Positions 53,927 to 62,379 of a DNA stretch of 64,000 nucleotides are shown here, piece after piece. The stretch lies in assembly GCA_963743915.1 (NCBI GenBank), contig CAVURN010000001.1, positions 800,001-864,000 of the forward strand, in the 5' to 3' direction. Every line of letters starts with the position of its first letter. Within the stretch, counting starts at the first letter, position 1. The stretch is from an uncultured Actinomycetota bacterium. GTDB taxonomy: Bacteria > Actinomycetota > Actinomycetes > JAHEKZ01. Position numbers and translations under genes: made by a program. The notes below the pieces were generated by a model, which was not told the origin of the DNA, did not search any database, and was given only the letters and a program-made list of their open reading frames with translations.

Positions 53927-54003
53927 GTCTCTGGGCTCTGGCCCTGTTCTGCTGGTCGCTCTAGCGTGGTGGGGTCGACGATCCCTTCCGCGGGGAGGTT
54001 CAG

Positions 54004-54159
54004 ATGCTCGATCGAATCAAGCGCCTCTTGGGCCGCGCACATGACAGCGAGACGTGCCCAGACTGCGGAGCAGGCGGCCAACAGACCTACTGCTCGGTGT
54101 GCGGGTACGACCTCATCAACCAGACGCGGGCCGCGAAGCGTCAACCTCCGTCCACCTGA
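54004..54159 (+). CDS. Small zinc-ribbon protein (51 aa, absent from the ORF track)
   Basis: GGGGAGG RBS. MLDRIKRLLGRAHDSETCPDCGAGGQQTYCSVCGYDLINQTRAAKRQPPST*. Confidence 0.7.
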   Translation: MLDRIKRLLGRAHDSETCPDCGAGGQQTYCSVCGYDLINQTRAAKRQPPST

Positions 54160-54228
54160 ACGTCGAGGCGACGGCCTCTGACGGTGGCGCGGGAGCGCCG
54201 CCGCAGCGTCGCGTGGTGGTCGTCGCGC

Positions 54229-54696
54229 TCAGGCGCCGAGCACCTCGTCGAGCTTCTCGTACCCTTCGCGGATCCCCTGCTCCATGCCGCTGGCGACGAA
54301 GGCGTCCCGCGCCTCGAACGAGTCGACCAACGACGTGGCCACGAGTCGGCAGCGTCCGCCGTCGAGCTCCTCGAGGGTGAGCCGTTCCAGCGAGACGCTG
54401 TCGGGGAATCCTTCGTAGGTGAACGTCTGCACGATGGTGTCGGGCTCGCGCACCTCGTGGAAGCTGCCGTAGAACGCGTACTCCTCGTCGCCCCGCGAGT
54501 GCAGGTAGCGGTACGCACCACCGGTGCGGCACTCGTAGTGGTCGACGGTCATGGTCAGGTCACGCGGGCCGAGCCACCTGCTGAGCAGGTCGGGGTCGGT
54601 GTGAGCGCGGAAGACCTTCTCGGGCGGGGCGTCGAACTCGCGGACGATGCGCACCAGCGGCACCTTCTCGTCGAGGATGATCTCGGTCTGATTCAT
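54229..54696 (-). CDS. SRPBCC/AHSA1-domain protein
   Basis: REFDAPPEKVFRAHTDPDLLSRWLGP, TGGAYRY, SGMEQG. Confidence 0.9.
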   Translation of the reverse strand: MNQTEIILDEKVPLVRIVREFDAPPEKVFRAHTDPDLLSRWLGPRDLTMTVDHYECRTGGAYRYLHSRGDEEYAFYGSFHEVREPDTIVQTFTYEGFPDSVSLERLTLEELDGGRCRLVATSLVDSFEARDAFVASGMEQGIREGYEKLDEVLGA

Positions 54697-55046
54697 CAGC
54701 TGTCTCCTGTTGTCGGGGTCGTGGGGGAGTCGGGCATCTCCTGCAGCAGCGTGTCGAGCCGTCGGTACCGCTCCTCCGCCTGCTGTCGATAACGCTCGAT
54801 CCACTTGGTCATGAGGTCGAACACCTCCGCCTCGAGGTGGACCGGACGCCGCTGGGCGTCCCGACTGCGCGTCACCAGTCCGGCATCCTCGAGCACCTTC
54901 AGGTGCTTGGAGACCGCTTGCAGAGAGACGTCGTACGGCGCCGCCAGCGCGGTCACCGTCGCGTCGGCAACCGACAACCGCGCCACCAGGTCGCGGCGCG
55001 TGGGATCGGCGAGGGCGGAGAAGACGCGGGACAGCGAGTCGGCCAC
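54696..55046 (-). CDS. ArsR/SmtB-family regulator
   Basis: FSALADPTRRDL and AVSKHLKVLEDAGLV. GTG follows AGGAGG. TGATG coupling to the SRPBCC gene. Confidence 0.92.
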   Translation of the reverse strand: MADSLSRVFSALADPTRRDLVARLSVADATVTALAAPYDVSLQAVSKHLKVLEDAGLVTRSRDAQRRPVHLEAEVFDLMTKWIERYRQQAEERYRRLDTLLQEMPDSPTTPTTGDS

Positions 55047-55059
55047 CAGTACCTCCTGT

Positions 55060-55120
55060 TCAACCAGTCGGTTGAGCACAAGGTAGAGGCTTCTTGCTCC
55101 TTGGTCAACCGCCTGGTTGA
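55060..55120 (-). promoter_or_regulatory. Two ArsR operators flanking a sigma-A-type promoter
   Basis: TCAACC-N4-GGTTGA at 55060-55075 and 55105-55120. TTGACC-N17-TACCTT on the minus strand. Confidence 0.78.
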
Positions 55121-55569
55121 GCACTCCGGATGACCCGTACGGCGAAGCAGCCCGGCCCGGCGTTGTGGACGTGAACGAATGCGGTCAGGGGATCGGCAAA
55201 CTGCCGGTGGAGGGCGTCGGCGAGCGCGACCCCGTCGACGATCTCGGCCCGGCGCATCATCGCGTCACCGTCGTAGCCACGGACCGACAGCACTCGTCGC
55301 CGTTGCTGCTCGGGGATGGCGTGGCCCGCGTAGACCGGGCACGGTTCGGCGTGAACGTAGACCGGGCTGGCACCGCGGTACGGGCTGTCCGTGACGAAGG
55401 GGTCGTAGCTGACCAGATGGACCCGTTCGCCAGGTTCGGCGTCGCGCAGACAACGGCGACAGGGAGTCGAGCAGCGCTCGGTCACGAGGACCGGGTCGGA
55501 GCCGGTCACGTCGATGTCCGCCGCCCCGGTCAGGAGGTAGCCCGTGGTCGTCATGGTCGTGGTCGCCAT
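55105..55569 (-). CDS. DUF1203-family protein
   Basis: PCRRCLRDAEPGE, SPY..PVYVH, LSVRGYD, HVHNAGPGCF. Confidence 0.88.
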   Translation of the reverse strand: MATTTMTTTGYLLTGAADIDVTGSDPVLVTERCSTPCRRCLRDAEPGERVHLVSYDPFVTDSPYRGASPVYVHAEPCPVYAGHAIPEQQRRRVLSVRGYDGDAMMRRAEIVDGVALADALHRQFADPLTAFVHVHNAGPGCFAVRVIRSAQPGG

Positions 55570-55672
55570 GGCATCAGCGTGCCGTTCCTGGAACCAGGGG
55601 GCTGGCGGGAATCGGACGCGGCACCCAGTACGTGGAGGGCCGCAGCCGCCTCCGCGCGTCCGTTGAGGTCAG

Positions 55673-56596
55673 TCACGCTCGCGGCGCGAGTGCGGTGAGG
55701 ACGCGCTCGGCGTGGTCGAGGGCCGCTGCGGCGTCGATGTCGTCCGACACCGTCTCCGGGTCCCAGTTCAGGTCGAGGAACACCTCCGTGACACCAGCCG
55801 ACGCCAGGACGACCAGGTCGCGGCGGATCTCGTCGCTCGTCCCCTGGAGCGGCGCTCGATCCGGAGACGACCCGGGTATCCAACCGCACCACGCCGCGGG
55901 TGACGAATCGAAGTGCGTCGGGATCGCGTCCTCGCTTCAGCTGCGGCATCCCGCACGACGTCGATCGACCGGCCGATCGCGGTGAGGTCGGTGCGGCTGC
56001 TGCTGATCCATCCATCGGCGATCCGACCGATCCGACGCAGCGCCGTCTCGACGGTGCCACCCATGAGCAGGGGCGGGTGGGGTCGCTGAACCGGCTTGGG
56101 GTCGACTCGGCTGCGGGGCAGCTCGATAGTAGGCGCCGCTGAACTCCACCTCGGGCTGCGTCCAGATCGCCTTGAGGCAGGCGACGAACTCCTCCGCCCG
56201 CGCCCCACGTCCCTCCATCGGCACGCCGACCGCCTCGAATTCCTGAGGGGCCCAGCCCAGCCCCAGGCCGACGTCGAGGCGACCGGCGGACACGATGTCC
56301 ACGGTCGTGAGCGCCTTCGACAGCACCAACGGTGAGTAGAAGGGAAGGTTGACGACGGCGAGTCCCAGACGGATCCGTGAGGTGAAGCCTGCCACGTAGG
56401 CAAGTGCGGTGACCGGGTCCACCACGCCGTGGTAGACCGAGCCCCAATCCTCGTCGACCGGGTGGAGCAACCTCTGGAAGGACCACAGCGACGTGTATCC
56501 GAGCTCCTCGGCACGCTCGGCCACGTGGCGCATGTTCTCCGGGGTCGCCCACGCGCCGGAGACGGGCAGCCCGAGTCCCAGCCGAGGGGTGGTCAT
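55673..56596 (-). CDS. LLM-class (probably F420-dependent) oxidoreductase (several indels)
   Basis: AEELGYTSLWSFQRL, DPVTALAY, GRLDVGLGLGW, then PKPVQRPHPPLLMGG and ADGW in a shifted frame. Confidence 0.88.
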
Positions 56597-56598
56597 CG

Positions 56599-57111
56599 CT
56601 ACTCGTCCAGCTGTCGGCCCGCGAAGTACATCAGCGGATCGCTGAGCAGCTCCAGACCGATGCCGTCCGGATCCCTGAAGTACAGGGACTCCGGAATGCC
56701 TCGGTCCGGACCGACGTACTCGATGCCGGCCTCGTCGAGGCGCGCACGCAGCCGCTCCCACCTGTCGCGCGGAACCGAGATCGCGATGTGCTGCACCGCG
56801 CCGATCGACTCGACGCCTTGTTCGAGCCCCAGTCCCGGGAAGTCGAAGAAGCCCAGGAGCGTCTGGTTGCCGACGTCGAAGAAGAAGTGTGAGGACCCCG
56901 GGTAGTCGCGGTTCTCGACGAGCTCGACCAGCGGGAAGCCCAGGAGCTCCTGGTAGAACCGGATCGTGCGCTCGACGTCCGAGCAGATCAGTGCTGCGTG
57001 GTGGATCCCCCGACCGGGTGTCTGTGGTCGGTCGGCGACCACTCTCTGGTAGCGCCTTCGCAGGTCGGCGCGACGTTCCTCGAGCTCGACCAGCTCGGCA
57101 TCGGTCGGCAT
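56599..57111 (-). CDS. VOC/glyoxalase-family protein
   Basis: GIHHAAL, FYQELLG, QHIAI, YFRDPDGIGLEL. Confidence 0.9.
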   Translation of the reverse strand: MPTDAELVELEERRADLRRRYQRVVADRPQTPGRGIHHAALICSDVERTIRFYQELLGFPLVELVENRDYPGSSHFFFDVGNQTLLGFFDFPGLGLEQGVESIGAVQHIAISVPRDRWERLRARLDEAGIEYVGPDRGIPESLYFRDPDGIGLELLSDPLMYFAGRQLDE

Positions 57112-57176
57112 GGCGCCTCCAGGGGCCGCGTTCGTAGCTCGGACTGTAGTGCCGGGACCGCCCGGCGGGGGAGTGG

Positions 57177-57602
57177 CTAGTCCTCGTGCCCTCGTCGCAG
57201 ACGCTTGACCTCCGAACGTCGCTTCTTGGCGGAGAGGCGGCGCTCCACCGCGTTCCTCGACGGCTTGGTCGGACGGCGCGGCCGCGCAGGAGGCGCCGTC
57301 GCCGCACGCAAGGTGTCGGCCAGCCGCTGCTCCGCGGCCCGACGGTTGAGGTACTGCGACCGTTCCGTGGAGGCCGTGATCCGCAGCACGCCGTCCACCA
57401 GTCGGTCCCCGAGACGCTCCACCGCGCGCCGACGCCAGACTTCGGGAAGAGAGGGAGAACGGGCGACGTCGAAGATCAGCTCGACGCGCGAATCAGTTGT
57501 ATTCACCGACTGGCCGCCAGGGCCGGACGATCTCGAGAACTTCCAGCGCAGCTCGTGGGCGGGAATCACCACCGACCCACGGACCGGAATGTCGTCTGGC
57601 AC
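57177..57602 (-). CDS. arfB: Alternative ribosome-rescue peptidyl-tRNA hydrolase
   Basis: SRSSGPGGQSVNT GGQ motif, RSQYLNR, and a basic C-terminal tail. Confidence 0.93.
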   Translation of the reverse strand: MPDDIPVRGSVVIPAHELRWKFSRSSGPGGQSVNTTDSRVELIFDVARSPSLPEVWRRRAVERLGDRLVDGVLRITASTERSQYLNRRAAEQRLADTLRAATAPPARPRRPTKPSRNAVERRLSAKKRRSEVKRLRRGHED

Positions 57603-57639
57603 GAGTCGATCATCGGTCCCCTCTCCTGCCCCTCGTCAA

Positions 57640-57706
57640 GGATCGGAGGATTCTGCACCGAAATAGGCCTGCTGGAGGCGCGAAAGCGCGTGGAATCCTC
57701 CGATCC
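57640..57706. repeat. Intergenic palindromic element (family A variant)
   Basis: 14-bp perfect termini GGATCGGAGGATTC...GAATCCTCCGATCC. Confidence 0.75.
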
Positions 57707-57723
57707 TCCGGAATGCTGGGCGG

Positions 57724-58296
57724 GTGGCTCCCGACGTCGTGCTGATCGGTCCGCTGGCCGTCGGCAAGACGACCGTCGGCGCGGCACTCGCCGCCCGGCT
57801 GGGTCACCCCCAGGTCTCGATGGACGACGTCCGCTGGGACTTCTACGACGAGCTCGACTACGACGCCGTCGAGGCGGAACGGCGGTTTACCGCGGGCAGG
57901 ACGATCCCCGACAAGCTGGCGTACGGACGACCGTTCGAGGTGCACGCCGTCGAGCGCCTCATGGAGGAGACCAGCCGCGGTGTCGTCGACTTCGGGGCGA
58001 GCAACTCGGTCTTCGATGACGAGCAGATGTTGGCCCGAGTCGAGTCGGCTCTGCTGCCTGTGACGGTGGTCCTGCTGATGCCCTACCCCGACGCCGAGGC
58101 GTCCATCGAGCTGCTGGTGGACCGCTTGACGCAGATCGTGGCCGCGAAGGGTGAACCGATCTCCCGGACCCTGCTGCAGCTGAACGAGTACTTCGTGCGA
58201 CACCCGGCCAACCGACGGCTGGCCGATGTCGTCGTCCACACCGGTGAGCGGACGCCGGACGAACTGAGCGATGACATCGTCCACCGCCTCCGCTGA
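57724..58296 (+). CDS. Shikimate-kinase-like P-loop kinase
   Basis: LIGPLAVGKTTVG Walker A, then VVDFGA. Confidence 0.75.
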   Translation: MAPDVVLIGPLAVGKTTVGAALAARLGHPQVSMDDVRWDFYDELDYDAVEAERRFTAGRTIPDKLAYGRPFEVHAVERLMEETSRGVVDFGASNSVFDDEQMLARVESALLPVTVVLLMPYPDAEASIELLVDRLTQIVAAKGEPISRTLLQLNEYFVRHPANRRLADVVVHTGERTPDELSDDIVHRLR

Positions 58297-58354
58297 GCGC
58301 TGGGGTCGGGTAATCCGCGAGCACCGAACGCGCGGGGCGTGGCACAGTTCGGAC

Positions 58355-59209
58355 ATGACGACGACTCCCGACTTCTCCGGTGACAATCTTCCCGAGTACG
58401 TGCGACTCAACCGAGCCAGCTGGGACGAGCGTGCCGCAGCTCACGCGGCATCTCCCGACTACGGCGTGCAGCAGTTCATCGACGACCCCAGTTACTTGTC
58501 CGGCGTCGTACGCTTCGACCTGCCCCGGTTGGGTTCGGTGGACGGGCTGCGAGGCGTCCACCTGCAGTGCCACATCGGCACCGACACGCTGTCCCTGGCC
58601 CGCCTGGGCGCCCACATGACCGGACTGGACTTCTCGGCCGAGTCGTTGGCCGAGGCCCGCAAGCTCAGCGCCGCTGCTGGTCCCGAGGTCACGTACGTCG
58701 AGGGGAACGTGTACTCCGCAGCCAGTCTGCTCGGGTACGGCGCGTTCGACTTCGTCTTCACCGGGATCGGCGCCATCTGCTGGCTGCCCAGCATCGCCGA
58801 GTGGGCGCAGGTCGTGTCCGACCTGCTGCGTCCAGGAGGGCGGCTCTTCATCCGTGAGGGCCATCCGATGCTGTGGGCGCTCGACGAGGCGCAGACCGAT
58901 CGGGTGGTGGTCGACTACGCGTACTTCGAGATGGAGGAACCCCTCGTGGCCGACGAGGAGGGCACCTATGTCGCCACCGAAGTCGAGTTCCGCCACAACC
59001 TCACCCACAACTGGAACCACGGACTCGGCGAGACCGTGACGGCATTGCTGGCCGTCGGCATGCAGGTCACCGCCTTGACTGAGCACGACTCGGTGCCTTG
59101 GGAGGCGCTACCGGGCCAGATGGTCGTGGACGATCTCGGGGAGTGGCGCCTCAGAGAGCGACCGGAACGCCTCGCGTGCAGCTACACGCTGCAGGCCGTC
59201 AAGCTCTGA
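58355..59209 (+). CDS. Class I SAM-dependent methyltransferase
   Basis: NRASWDER, HLQCHIGTD, GLDFS, LRPGG, EGHP. Confidence 0.9.
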   Translation: MTTTPDFSGDNLPEYVRLNRASWDERAAAHAASPDYGVQQFIDDPSYLSGVVRFDLPRLGSVDGLRGVHLQCHIGTDTLSLARLGAHMTGLDFSAESLAEARKLSAAAGPEVTYVEGNVYSAASLLGYGAFDFVFTGIGAICWLPSIAEWAQVVSDLLRPGGRLFIREGHPMLWALDEAQTDRVVVDYAYFEMEEPLVADEEGTYVATEVEFRHNLTHNWNHGLGETVTALLAVGMQVTALTEHDSVPWEALPGQMVVDDLGEWRLRERPERLACSYTLQAVKL

Positions 59210-59217
59210 CGACCGGT

Positions 59218-59874
59218 TCAGCCGACCACGCGCGCAAGCACGAATCCGTCGTAGCCCTTGCTGCCGACGGTCTGGATCGCCGTCGCCTGGACACGAGGCT
59301 CGTCCCGGACGGCCGCGTACAGCGCGCGGGTCCCTTCGGTCGTCGGATCCGTACGCTCGGGGTCGACCACCGCCCCGCCCCGGACGGTGTTGTCGACCAC
59401 GATCAGGGAACCGGGCCGACTCAGGTCCAGAGCGGCGCGGAAGTAGTCGGGATTGTGCTCCTTGTCAGCGTCGATGAAGGCGAAGTCGAAGGGGCCCGAG
59501 AGCGTGGGCAGGGTGTCGAGCGCCGGCCCGATCCTGATGTCGACCAGCTGTCCGACACCGGCGTCGTCGAGGTTCTGGCGCGCGACGAGCGCGTGCTCGT
59601 TCGAGTACTCGCAGGTCACCAGCTCGCCGTCGTCGGGGAGCGCGCGGGCCAGCCAGATGGTGCTGTAGCCGCCGAGCGTGCCGATCTCGAGAATGCGTCG
59701 CGCGCCGACCGTCTGCGCGAGGAGCATCAGCAGCTTGCCCTGCGGTGGTGACACGGCGATCTCGGGGAGACCGGCCTGGACGCTGGCAGTGAGCGTGGCG
59801 TCCAGCATCGGATCGGACACCCCGACGTGCTCGCCCAGGTAGGCGTCCACCCGGCTCCAGAGTGACTCGTCCAC
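59218..59874 (-). CDS. O-methyltransferase (family 3)
   Basis: ILEIGTLGGYSTIW, FIDADK, VDN, KGYDGF. Confidence 0.92.
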   Translation of the reverse strand: MDESLWSRVDAYLGEHVGVSDPMLDATLTASVQAGLPEIAVSPPQGKLLMLLAQTVGARRILEIGTLGGYSTIWLARALPDDGELVTCEYSNEHALVARQNLDDAGVGQLVDIRIGPALDTLPTLSGPFDFAFIDADKEHNPDYFRAALDLSRPGSLIVVDNTVRGGAVVDPERTDPTTEGTRALYAAVRDEPRVQATAIQTVGSKGYDGFVLARVVG

Positions 59875-59928
59875 GACAGCCTCCAAAATCCGGTGGGATG
59901 GCTGAGTGTATGTCGCTACCGTCAGCGG

Positions 59929-60888
59929 GTGCCCACCGTCGCCTTCACACCCGAGCACATCGAGCCAGCGGCGCAGCTGCTGGCCCGACGTCACGCCGAC
60001 CACCGCAGGTCCGAGCCGCTGCTCGACCCGGCATACGAGAGCCCGGAGGTCTGCGCCACCGACCTCGAGGTGCTGCTGAAGACGCCGGACGCCTCCGGCG
60101 CGATCGTGCTGGAGCGCGAAGGACCGGTCGCGTTCGTGCTCGGTGCGCCGCGGGAGCCGTCGTGGGGCGACCACATGTGGGTCACGGCTGCCGGTCACGC
60201 GACGCAGGATGCCGAGGCGCTGCGGGACGCGTATGCCTGTGCCGCCCAACGGTGGTACGACGAGGGCCGTACTTCCCACTACGCCCTGGCGCCCGTGCAC
60301 GACGCCGGCGCGCTCGAGGCCTGGTACCGACTGGGTTTCGGGCAGATGCATGCGCACGCGATCCGGGAGAGCGCGCCGATGACCCCGGTCGTCACCAACG
60401 GGGTCCTGCGCCGGCCGACCCGCGACGACATCGACCAGATCGTCGAGCTCGAGTTCGTCCTCCCCGACCACCAGGCGCGCAGCCCGGTGTTCTCGGCCGG
60501 ACCCTCGTGGACTGCCGAGGAGCTGCGGGCCGACTGGGAGGAGGACATCGATGACCCGAAGTACCGCCACTTCGTCATCGAGCGGGACGGCGCCCTCGTG
60601 GCGTTGGCCACCGCATGCGCGGCGACGGTCTCGAGCATGCACAGCGGCATCGTGGGCGCCCCGGACGGTGGCTTCCTGGGCCATGCCGCCGTGCGACCGG
60701 AAGCCCGCGGCCATGGCTACGGTCGCGCCTTGGGGGAGGCGGTCATCGGCTGGTCTCACGACCAGGGGTTCGCGAGCGTCGTCAACGACTGGCGGGTCAC
60801 GAACCTGCTCGCCTCCCGCAGCTGGCCGCGTCTTGGGTGGCGCACCACCTTCCTTCGCCTGCACCGGACCATCGGCCCTGCCGGTTGA
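59929..60888 (+). CDS. Tandem GNAT-fold acetyltransferase
   Basis: WYRLGFG in the first half. AVRPEARGHGYG and TNLLASRSWPRLGW in the second. Confidence 0.85.
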   Translation: MPTVAFTPEHIEPAAQLLARRHADHRRSEPLLDPAYESPEVCATDLEVLLKTPDASGAIVLEREGPVAFVLGAPREPSWGDHMWVTAAGHATQDAEALRDAYACAAQRWYDEGRTSHYALAPVHDAGALEAWYRLGFGQMHAHAIRESAPMTPVVTNGVLRRPTRDDIDQIVELEFVLPDHQARSPVFSAGPSWTAEELRADWEEDIDDPKYRHFVIERDGALVALATACAATVSSMHSGIVGAPDGGFLGHAAVRPEARGHGYGRALGEAVIGWSHDQGFASVVNDWRVTNLLASRSWPRLGWRTTFLRLHRTIGPAG

Positions 60889-60919
60889 TCGAAGCCCTCG
60901 CGACCGGTAGGACGGACGC

Positions 60920-62050
60920 ATGACGACGATGCACGCGGCCGTGTTCCGCGGAGCCGACCAGCCCATCGAGGTCCGTGAGGTCACCCTGGCACCACCCGGC
61001 CCGCACGAGGTCGAGGTCGCGATCGCTGCGGCCGGCGTGTGTCACAGCGACCTGCACATGGTGAAGGGGGAGTGGGAGCACCGCACTCCGGTCGTGCTCG
61101 GCCATGAGGGGTCGGGCGTCATCACCGCCCTCGGTGACGGTGTCCAGGACCTCGCGGTCGGCGACCACGTGGTGCTGTCGTGGGTGCCGTCGTGCGGGGA
61201 ATGCCGCTACTGCCGCGCGGGGCGTCCCGCGCAGTGCCTGCCCTCCATGCAGGTGATCGCCGCCGGCGGCACCCTGTTCGACGGAACGCCGCGCCTCTCG
61301 GTCGACGGCGAACCCTGCTTCCACTACCTCGGCGTCTCCTCGTACGCCGAGCGCGCGGTGGTCCCGGCGTCCGGTGCGATCAAGGTGCGGGCCGATGCCC
61401 CGCTGGACGTGATCGCCATCGTCGGCTGCGCGGTCGCGACCGGCGTCGGGGCGGTCCGCAACACGGCGCAGGTCTGGCAGGACGCGACCGTCGCCGTCAT
61501 CGGCTGCGGCGGGGTCGGACTCTCCTGCGTCCAGGGTGCGCGGCTCGCAGGCGCCAGTCGGATCGTTGCGGTCGACCTGGTGCCCGAGAAGCTCGAGCTC
61601 GCGCGCAGGCTGGGAGCCACCGACACCGTCGACGGTCGCAGCGGGCAAGTCGTCGCGCAGCTGCGGTCACTGGTGCCGGAGGGACTCGACTTCGTCTTCG
61701 ACGCGATCGGTGCCATCACGACCACCGAGCAGGCGATCGGTGCTCTGGGACTCGGTGGCGCCGCGGTGGTGGTCGGCCTTCCCCCGGCCGGCGCGGAAGC
61801 ACGCTTCCAACCGCTCGCACTCGCCGAGGCCGACCAACGCATCCTCGGCTCCAACTACGGCTCGTGCGTCCCCCACCGGGACATCCCCGACCTGGTGGAG
61901 AGTTACATGGCCGGCGAGCTCGATCTCGAGGCGATGATCTCGGCCCGTCGTCCGTTGGACGAGGCCTCAGCGGCACTTGACGACCTCGCCACCGGATCTG
62001 CCCTGCGTCAGCTGCTGCTGCCCAACCCTGACCTCGTCAACGTCCCCTGA
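60920..62050 (+). CDS. Zn-dependent alcohol dehydrogenase (class III-like)
   Basis: GVCHSD, GHEG, CGECRYC..C, GCAVATG, GCGGVG. Confidence 0.93.
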   Translation: MTTMHAAVFRGADQPIEVREVTLAPPGPHEVEVAIAAAGVCHSDLHMVKGEWEHRTPVVLGHEGSGVITALGDGVQDLAVGDHVVLSWVPSCGECRYCRAGRPAQCLPSMQVIAAGGTLFDGTPRLSVDGEPCFHYLGVSSYAERAVVPASGAIKVRADAPLDVIAIVGCAVATGVGAVRNTAQVWQDATVAVIGCGGVGLSCVQGARLAGASRIVAVDLVPEKLELARRLGATDTVDGRSGQVVAQLRSLVPEGLDFVFDAIGAITTTEQAIGALGLGGAAVVVGLPPAGAEARFQPLALAEADQRILGSNYGSCVPHRDIPDLVESYMAGELDLEAMISARRPLDEASAALDDLATGSALRQLLLPNPDLVNVP

Positions 62051-62246
62051 CGGTCAAGTCGGCCAGCAGCGTGGACGTTGCGGCGGCCACGGCGTCGACC
62101 GCCTGGTCGAACGCCTCCCGGTTGTGCGCAGCCGGCGCCCGGAAGCCGGAGATCTTGCGCACGTACTGCAGGGCGGCGGCGCGGACGTCCTCGTCGGTGA
62201 CGGTGTCGGCGAAGGGAGGGCGGAGCGTCTTGATGCTGCGGCACAT
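62037..62246 (-). CDS. DUF2277-family protein
   Basis: MCRSIKTLR...AAALQYVRKISGF. Confidence 0.88.
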   Translation of the reverse strand: MCRSIKTLRPPFADTVTDEDVRAAALQYVRKISGFRAPAAHNREAFDQAVDAVAAATSTLLADLTVRGR

Positions 62247-62379
62247 GCCGCCACGCTAGCCGCTTCCCGGCACCACGACGCCCGGACGTCAGCGAATCGT
62301 AAGGACGTCCGACGACGCTCTTCGGTGGCTCCGACCCGCCGGCTCAGGTCTACTGGAGTCCCCGAGCTCTGGAGCGGCG

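Noticed and set aside
59218-60984. 588-aa O-methyltransferase with a long N-terminal domain (similarly 617-aa DUF1015)
   Set aside because: The extensions overlap real neighbouring genes. The family N-termini begin at 59874 and 29906.
62283-62311. Short IR CGGACGTC...GACGTCCG between DUF2277 and the DM13 gene
   Set aside because: An 8-bp GC-rich arm is expected by chance in this composition.
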